A DNA stretch of 64,000 bases. It comes from Octopus vulgaris (taxonomy: Eukaryota). The DNA lies in assembly GCA_951406725.2 (NCBI GenBank), contig OX597820.1:13082001-13146000 (forward strand), written 5' to 3'. Position numbers and translations under genes: made by a program. This document shows positions 56,460 to 64,000 of this stretch, piece after piece; position 1 is the stretch's first letter; each line of letters opens with the position of its first letter. Under the pieces are notes generated by a model. It was not told the DNA's origin and made no database searches. It saw nothing but the letters and a program-made list of their open reading frames with translations.

Positions 56460-56531
56460 CGCATGTATATACTATGTACTAGCTGTTGGACTTGGAGTTG
56501 CTCGTGTATTCTGTGTTGAAGTTAAACTTAC

Positions 56532-56812
56532 CTCTGACCGTGTATTGAAATCTTCTACTTTCCCCGTGCCAACCCATTGATATGTTATATCTGGTTCGAC
56601 AGGCTGTTGCAGGATGAGTAGTTGTGTGACAGGCGAAGGAAAAATGGTCCAGAGCAGGTAACGGAGTTTTTGTTGATGGAGCGAAGTTTTGTTGATGAAT
56701 TGGAGTTTTGCAGCCGATGACGTCGTGGTCAGCCATATACTGACATCAACTGACTGCCATGAGCCTCGCTCACTCATCAATCATCATCAAAATTGGACAA
56801 AAAATGTAAAAG
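56532..56812 (-). other. Candidate host exon containing a translation start
   Basis: Acceptor attttttcctgcag| and donor GAG|GTAAGT on the minus strand; unique, GC-elevated; two frames open to the donor (ATG 56777, phase 0; ATG 56736, phase 1). Confidence 0.5.
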
Positions 56813-57139
56813 CTGCAGGAAAAAATAATATCGTTATGGGAATTTCCATTGTGCTCTCAAAAATTGATGCTAACTAAGCATTATCGAGTTATCGAAAAAA
56901 ATCCGGTCTTATTTGAACTTCAGGGCCTGTGATCTACATATGTGCTAAAAATCATTAAACTCGGTTGGACGGTGTGGGAGGAGTAAGAATAAATCCAAAC
57001 AGACAGACACCATTACACATCTATGTGTATATATGTATGTATGTATGCATGTATGTATGCATGTATGTATGTATGTATGTATGTATGTATGTATGTATGT
57101 ATGTATGTATGTATGTATGGTTGAACTTCGGTAGGTTCC

Positions 57140-57371
57140 AGGTAAAGGTTACCTACTCGAGTCATGCCGATTCCCGATTTCCATGGCGCATAAATTCCAC
57201 ACCAGGACGGAACGCAGGACCGTCGCAAGATTACTCAGTTTTGCCAGCTGAGTGGACTGGAACAATATAAAACAAACTGTGTTGCTCAACGAATTTCCTT
57301 GTCCAGGAATCGAAACCATAATCTCATAGTCATGATTCCAACAGCCTAACCACTAAGCCACGTGCCTCCAC
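57140..57371 (-). mobile_element. tRNA-derived SINE family D
   Basis: Minus head gtggaggcacgtggcttagtggttagg (A box), gtttcgattcc (B box); body ccagtccactcagctggcaaaa. Confidence 0.85.
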
Positions 57372-57644
57372 TATCAACTTAATTATTTGCACAGTGAATC
57401 AACGTGTAAGACAGTGACGTTTCCACAGTCAATCATATCCGTATATTAATTTTCAGCAACTACGCGCCTAGCACAATCTGACAACGGCGTACCTCTGACG
57501 CACACGTTCAATCCATCGGACGGGTCTCTATACAGCTTCAAATGTTGCTCAGAATATATAGTGACCTATTTACGGAAGAGGCTATAACACATGGCGCTTA
57601 CTCATGATGCCCGTTATACATACATAGATACATACATATATACA

Positions 57645-58938
57645 TATAGCGTATGCAATGGGTAAGTTGTTGCCATTTTATATTTTTAAATTCGCGTATG
57701 CGCTTTGTTTGTTTTTGATTTTATCGACTACACAGTGTAGTAGGGTCAGTTGGGCACCGTCTGTGTGAAAAATAGAACCATAACGCAATTCTCTCTGCCA
57801 GAAATTTGAAAAGGAAAGAACATGCTGTACTCATGGGATTCGCACGGGTATCTCCAATATGAAACTTTGTTTCTTTGGGTGCCAATCTGAGGAGAGTGCA
57901 GAGGATTTGGAAAGACTTGGATGAATCTAATGGTGATTACGAAGGTATAGTAACTCGGAAAACTCACTCTGATTGTTCTTATGAGACAATAACTCCTGAA
58001 TGTGTTGCTGAGATCCAGGTCAACAATCCCTCCAAGTCAATCAGTTCCATCTCCAGGAACACAGGAGTACCTCAGTTTCTTATTAGGCAGGTAGTGCGTG
58101 AAAACTTTTGGTATTCTTCATACAAGATGAGAAAGGACCAAGTTTTATCCCAAGCCATCAAGGACAAGAAAGACCGCGCTACAAAGCTTTTGAATAAACT
58201 CAAGCAACCCCTCCAACCAAACATGCTTTGTTTTTTCTCAGACGAGAAATATTTGTGCAGGGAACAGAGGGTGAACATACAGTGCAACCGTCGGCTTGCC
58301 GTGTCCCCAAAACATGTACTGAGACTGATAACTATCAAACATCCAGTCAACATCATAGTGTTTGGAGTTATCACTAGTAATGATGATGTTATGTCTCCAT
58401 TCATCTTCCCATACGGCCTCACACTCAACACGGAGGCCTACACCATGTGCCTGGAGGAGGTAGTGTCGCCCTAGTTCAATAGGGTGGCTGCTGGAAGACC
58501 GTATGTCTGGCAACAGGACTCTGCACCATGCCACACAAGCAGGAGAACCCAGTCATGGCTGTCAGACAATTTCTGCGACATCACCCCTAACATCTGGCCA
58601 TCTAACCACCCAGACTCCAATCCCATTGTTTATTATGTGTGGGACGCATTTGACTGAACGACCAACAAAAGTCCTTGTAACACCAAAGATGAACTGAATT
58701 CAAGAATTATGGTAGCATTTACCAATTTAAACAAGGAGAAAATCCAGAAGACTTGGAGGAGATTCCAAGGTCGTCTGGTGGTCGTGATTGAAGCCACTGG
58801 CGAATTTCTTGAATAAATTTACTAAATAGTATTTCAAGATCTTATAATATAATTTTGGTAAATATATCTGTTAAAACGAGATGTCTGCGTTATTTTCATT
58901 TTTGCATAATTTTGATGACAGTTTATTCACTGCATTCT
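57645..58938 (+). mobile_element. Full-length but decayed Tc1/mariner-superfamily DD37D (maT) transposon
   Basis: About 1.3 kb with degenerate TIRs; transposase motifs FFSDEK, VFGVITS, YVWQQDSAPCH, WPSNHPDSNPI(V)YYVW; in-frame stops. Confidence 0.88.
57875..58815 (+). pseudogene. maT/DD37D transposase pseudogene
   Basis: ORF 57875-58474 continues in frame after a TAG; third catalytic Asp is mutated to Val; second stop near 58655. Confidence 0.85.
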
Positions 58939-58950
58939 CTCTCTCTCTCT

Positions 58951-58998
<48 letters not shown>

Positions 58999-59033
58999 TT
59001 TATTATGAGAAATGCGTTCGTACTAGGTAACAT

Positions 59034-59285
59034 GGAGGCGCAATGGCCCAGTCTCTCACTGGGCCATTTCTCTCACTCTTACTTCTTGTTTCTGTTGTAC
59101 CTGTATTTCAAAGGGCCGGCCTTGTCACTCTCTGTGTCACGCTGAATATCTCCGAGAACTACGTTAAGGGTACACGTGTCTGTGGAGTGCTCAGCCACTT
59201 ACACGTTAATTTCACGAGCAGGCTGTTCCGTTGATTCGGATCAACCGGAACCCTCCTCGTCGTAACCGACGGAGTGCTTCCATCC
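59034..59285 (+). mobile_element. Internally deleted SINE C with TSD
   Basis: Head cut after atggcccagt; 3' two-thirds intact; flanks act(a/t)ggtaacat. Confidence 0.9.
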
Positions 59286-60374
59286 ACTTGGTAACATTGT
59301 CTCAGATCAAATCGGTTGCCTGGCAACTACTAAATAACAGTCCGTAACTAAATAACAGTCAAACACTATGAAAAACTTTGGAAATTGTCATTTGTTACAG
59401 TTAACCTGACCGTACAACTTTTCTATTTTTGCTTATAATGGCTTCTTTTCAAGCGAGTTTAACTTCTTTTTTCTTAATTACCCTATATAAAACATTGTTA
59501 CCATCTCAAATTTTATTTAAGCTTTTACATGTTTAATCAGTTCTCACAAAAGTAATTTCCTCTGTCACGTGGGTTCAGATTAGGAGACCAAGTCATTATT
59601 CAGAGACTAGAATAACCAAAACTCTACATTGCGCTCCTGTTAACTTCATTTAAATTTTTTTTAGGCCAGTTGCTGGTAGTATGCTACACAGCAATTTGAG
59701 CGAAATTTTATATCAGTGCATTAGTAAAGCTGGTTTCAATATGTTAACAACAAATGTAATTCTTCCTTTCGTGTTTCGGGATTCAATATATCATGGACTT
59801 TGAACATTCTTTGCATCTACACGTCTTACTTAAGTCCGATGTATGGATTCTCTAGAATCTAATTTAGACATCAAGAAAACTATATCAAAGACCGTACAGA
59901 ATATTAATCTTGAGATAATTAAAAAAAAAATGGTGGTTTGAGTTAGCGACGAACACCCGCGAAGATGACGATACATGCACACGCACACACGCACGCACAA
60001 ATATGTATATAAATAGGTTTTTAGAACTCCGGGAAAACTAAAAGTATTTTACATCAGAAAAAAGGAAAAGGCAACAAAATTCCAACCGTCCTTCATAAGA
60101 CACAAAACCATCTTATATATGCGAAAGTTATTAAAATCTTTGATTGAAGTATACACTTTCGAATCTAATTAAGATCTTCTTATGACACCAAAGTTCATGA
60201 CTTTAATCACGAATGGTAGATTTTTAAGGATAAAGTGGTCGACAGGGAAATCGGCCACCGAATGAAAAAGAATGCAACGTTCGCTACGAACATAAACGAA
60301 TTCTGTAAACTGGTTCTTCACGCGTCAAAACCGTTTAAAGAATGTGATCGTTAATTATCATCAAAGATGGTTAA

Positions 60375-60469
60375 TTCAGAAATTCCACATTCTAGTTACC
60401 TCTATTTCCAGGTCTTTGTATTTTGAAAGTTTCTCCATTTCTTTTAGAGACACGTTGTCATCTGCCGGT
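60375..60469 (-). mobile_element. Isolated 95-bp internal fragment of Dong family A
   Basis: Reverse complement of about 30875-30968 (ADDNVSLKEMEKLSKYKDLEIEVTRMWN). Confidence 0.9.
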
Positions 60470-60930
60470 CACTGAGAAACTACACAAACCGCTTCTTTTG
60501 AGCCAAGAGGTTTTTTTTATACATCTTACAGAATAACTCATCAAATACTTCGAGTCAACTAAACTTAATATTATACGATCTTCCACACAGCTTGTTATTA
60601 CATGCACTTCTTTATACCAGATCGAATATTCGAGCAGATTAACCATCCAATATTACTTATACTCAAAGTGACCGCTGTTTCTTAAAAGTAAATAAATTAA
60701 TACATCCATGTCTGCTTAAATTAATTTCTTCATTAACCAGAAAGCTAATGAAATTAATGCCAATTTTCATGAATGAAAAATATTTGAAAGGTTTTCTCTC
60801 TTTACCTGCGTGAGTTGTTGAGTATTGCTGTCTGAGAGAATTTTTGTTTAAGTTTACCGATGATGGTTCTTTTAACATACCGAACTACTTGGTAAAATTA
60901 TTAATTATTAATTAATTAATGAATTTTACC

Positions 60931-60932
<2 letters not shown>

Positions 60933-61014
<82 letters not shown>

Positions 61015-61170
61015 CGATGGGCTTCTTTCAGTTTCCACCTTCTAAATCCACTTACAAGGCTTTGGTCGGCCCAAGGCTATAGTAGAAGACACTTGCCCGA
61101 GGTACCACACAGTAGAATTGAACCCGGAACCATGTTGTTGAAAAGCAAGCTACTTACCACACAACCACCC
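60933..61170 (-). mobile_element. SINE A 5' half (61012-61170) running into (ATT)n
   Basis: gggcttctttcagtttcc...gctacttaccacacaaccac. Confidence 0.88.
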
Positions 61171-61484
61171 CTGATTGTGGTTGCAAATTATTTACGCAGT
61201 ATATTTTGTGAATGATAATCTGATATATTTTCCCATAAAATACTCGTATCATTTCTACTTGAACGAAAGGATTGTTAGCCGCAATAATCTCTTGCAATGC
61301 CTAAGTGTACATGTTTCCATTAATACATGTATATGGGGTTTATGTTCGGTTCTAATGTGTCTCTTTTTCCGTTTTTATGAAATTAGAAAAGTCGATATAA
61401 GTGAGAATAGAAAACTGTGGAAATAGTTGTTCTTCATTCTATAAAATGAAATGACTGCAACGACTGCTACAATCGCCAGAGCAT

Positions 61485-61495
61485 TCATCACCGTT

Positions 61496-61526
<31 letters not shown>

Positions 61527-61935
61527 CAGTCATAATAACCATCGTAATCGTCATCCTCACCATCACCATCATCATCATCATCATCATCATCACCACCACC
61601 ACCAGCACCATCATCATCATCATCATCATCATCACCATCACAATCATCATTACCACCATCATCATCATCATTATTGCCATCAGCATCATCATCATCGTCA
61701 TCATCACCCTCACCACCATCATCATCATCATCATCACCATCATCCTCATCACCATGATCATCGTCATGATCATCATCATCGTCGTCGTCGTCATCATGAT
61801 CAACATCACCATCACGATCATTATCATCATCAGCATCATCATCATCACTATCACGTTCATCATCATCACGATCATCATCCCCATCATGATCATCATCACC
61901 ATCAGCAGCAGCAGCAATGGCATCGTCCTCACCAT
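61485..61935. repeat. Degenerate (CAT)n array
   Basis: Directly visible. Confidence 0.9.
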
Positions 61936-62169
61936 CCTGTTCATTATTATTACCACATATGTTTCTACGAGTAACGACGTTACCGGGCTGGTGTTGCAGT
62001 CAGCGCCACCAATCATTACCAGCAACAGGAACTCATAAACATCGTCTTAACAATAAAATTATCCATAACTGTTACACTCCGTTGCAATCCAATTGAATTA
62101 CTTGCTCTTCAGAGTGTGACGTAATCTCTGAGTTGAAACCGTGGGTGGCGGTGGGGTGGTGGGATGAGG

Positions 62170-62539
62170 CGTGCGAAAGAGGAAAAAGATAGAAAGAAGT
62201 TAGAGAGAAAATAATTAAAATGATGTAGTAAGGGTGAAAGAGAGGAATGAAGAACGGGAGGGTAAAAGGAAAAGGAAAAGGAAAATGAAGAGGTGGAAAG
62301 CAGCATTGATAATGTCATAAAGAGAGAAGGATAAATAAGTATTGAGGAAAGGAAAGGAAGTAAGAAGAAGGAAAGGGGAAGAGAAGGAAAGACGGCAGAA
62401 AGATAGAAACAACGAAAGCAGGTGGATAAATAGGTAGATAGATATAGAGAGAAGGGGTGGGAAAAAGGGAGAAATGGAGAAAGAGAAAGAGACAGAGAGA
62501 AAGAGAGAGATAAACAGTGAGACAGACTGACAGACGGAC

Positions 62540-62628
<89 letters not shown>

Positions 62629-62866
62629 GATAGATGGATGGATGGATGGATGGATGGATGGATGGATAGATAAATACATACATACATACATACATACATA
62701 CATACATACATACATACATACATAAATACATGCATACATACATACATATATAGAGAGAGGGGGAGGGTAGAAAACAAATAGATAGAGAAAAAGAAATAAA
62801 GAAAGAAAAAAGAAAAGAAAAGGAACGAAAGAAAGAGAGAAGGAAAGGAAGAAAGAAAGAAAAAAG

Positions 62867-62913
<47 letters not shown>

Positions 62914-63095
62914 GAAAGACAGGAAAAATGAAAAACAGGCTAGAATATCGAGAAAGGAAAGGCGGTGGAGGGATCAGGCAGTTCCTGGATTAATGAAGAT
63001 TAAATAAATGAATATATAAAATGCCAAAAAAGCAAACGGAGAAGAAAGAGAAGAAAACGGAAAGAAAGAGAAGAAAACGGAAAGAAAGGAAAAAA
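62170..63095. repeat. Purine-rich low-complexity tract with (GATA)n/(GGAT)n/(TACA)n/(GAAA)n
   Basis: Directly visible. Confidence 0.9.
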
Positions 63096-63539
63096 TCCGT
63101 AAGAAAATCAAAATAAAGTTGATTAGAAATTTCGGCTAAAAATAGTGGAGAACATCAAGTCATCTATGATGAACATTTAATGTAATAAAATTGATAGTAA
63201 TTGTTCAATCATTAGAAGGGAACGATTGGCTCATTAGACTAACGAGACGGCTGTAATCCACTTTACCATAAATCATGACAATCGTTTTGTGATTTAAGAG
63301 TGTCTTAATCAAGGGGAGGTAACAAACATGGGTGTGCGATGTCATAAGGTAGCGATATTAAGACGCTTTGTCAATCAAACTTATTGCATACATCGGAGTA
63401 CGAGACGAGGTTTTGCTTTTTATTTACAAACAAAATGGCCGCGCGTCTAAAGCGACCGTCTGACGTATGGAATACCAAGTGTAAGGGTTGTATTACGAAA
63501 TACATTAAATTTATTGTTATTTGGGGGGGGGATCACAAC

Positions 63540-63690
63540 ATATAGGTGACAAGTTTGCTTCCTATTTACATGTTTCTGGGTTCAGTCCCACTGCGTGGCA
63601 CCTTGGGTGTCTTCTATATCCCCTCGTCTACCAAAGCCTTGTGAAGCGACCGGGTAGTCGGAAAATGGAAGAAGCCCGTCATATATATAC
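63540..63690 (+). mobile_element. SINE A 5' part interrupted by a Helitron
   Basis: gggttcagtcccactgcgtggcaccttggg...gaagcccgtcatatatatac. Confidence 0.85.
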
Positions 63691-63699
63691 GCATACATA

Positions 63700-64000
63700 T
63701 CTTCTTTATATATAAAAGTAAGGTTGTGTGTCTGTCTCCTACGATTTAGATTCCTAACTACTCTCACATTTTGCGGTGCAGTTTAACCAAAAGCGGGTAT
63801 CTTATAGTCGTGATTCATATCGAGCCCTTCAGGGTATTAGCGCGCATCTACGATGAGTCTACGATTTTAAAAAAAAATTACCACCATTTTTTCCCATTTT
63901 CAATGCATTTTTTTGCTATTATACAAGGGAAGTAACTCTCTAAAAATGTATTATTAAATCGCAGAACGTAAAAAGCTACAGTAACCCCCCCCCTTTGTGG
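63700..64000 (+). mobile_element. Non-autonomous Helitron 5' part (runs off the window)
   Basis: A|TCttctttatatataaaag start; shares aaaaaaaattaccaccattttttcc...taactctctaaaaatg with the 20668-21050 element. Confidence 0.75.

Noticed and set aside
63430-63470. YY1-like aaaatggc and tgacgt motifs (aaaatggcgg also near 13008)
   Set aside because: Short motifs expected by chance; no independent promoter evidence.

Overview
AT-rich, microsatellite-saturated eukaryotic DNA. The SINE families and repeat landscape look like an octopus (coleoid cephalopod) genome; that is an inference from recalled family resemblance. No complete host gene is visible, and almost every ORF in the track is a translation of a simple repeat or a SINE. 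Recognisable content: (1) roughly 35-40 copies and fragments of four tRNA-derived SINE families; (2) a 6.6-kb pile-up (27.9-34.5 kb) of R4/Dong-type RLE non-LTR retrotransposons from at least three families, all in one orientation inside (AAT)n; (3) CR1, RTE and probable L2/CR1 LINE relics; (4) two decayed DD37D (maT) transposons, a fold-back Tc1/mariner MITE and three non-autonomous Helitrons; (5) Penelope-like terminal fragments inside (TA)n, several carrying minimal hammerhead ribozyme motifs; (6) two unique segments with consensus minus-strand splice sites that may be alternative start exons of a large host gene. The best candidate for something new is a 365-nt, hairpin-packed, 1.4-copy tandem unit at 42563-43085. 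It carries a well-paired type I hammerhead fold with a non-canonical core (UUGACAU instead of CUGANGA), which suggests a retrozyme/circRNA-like element that standard motif searches would miss.
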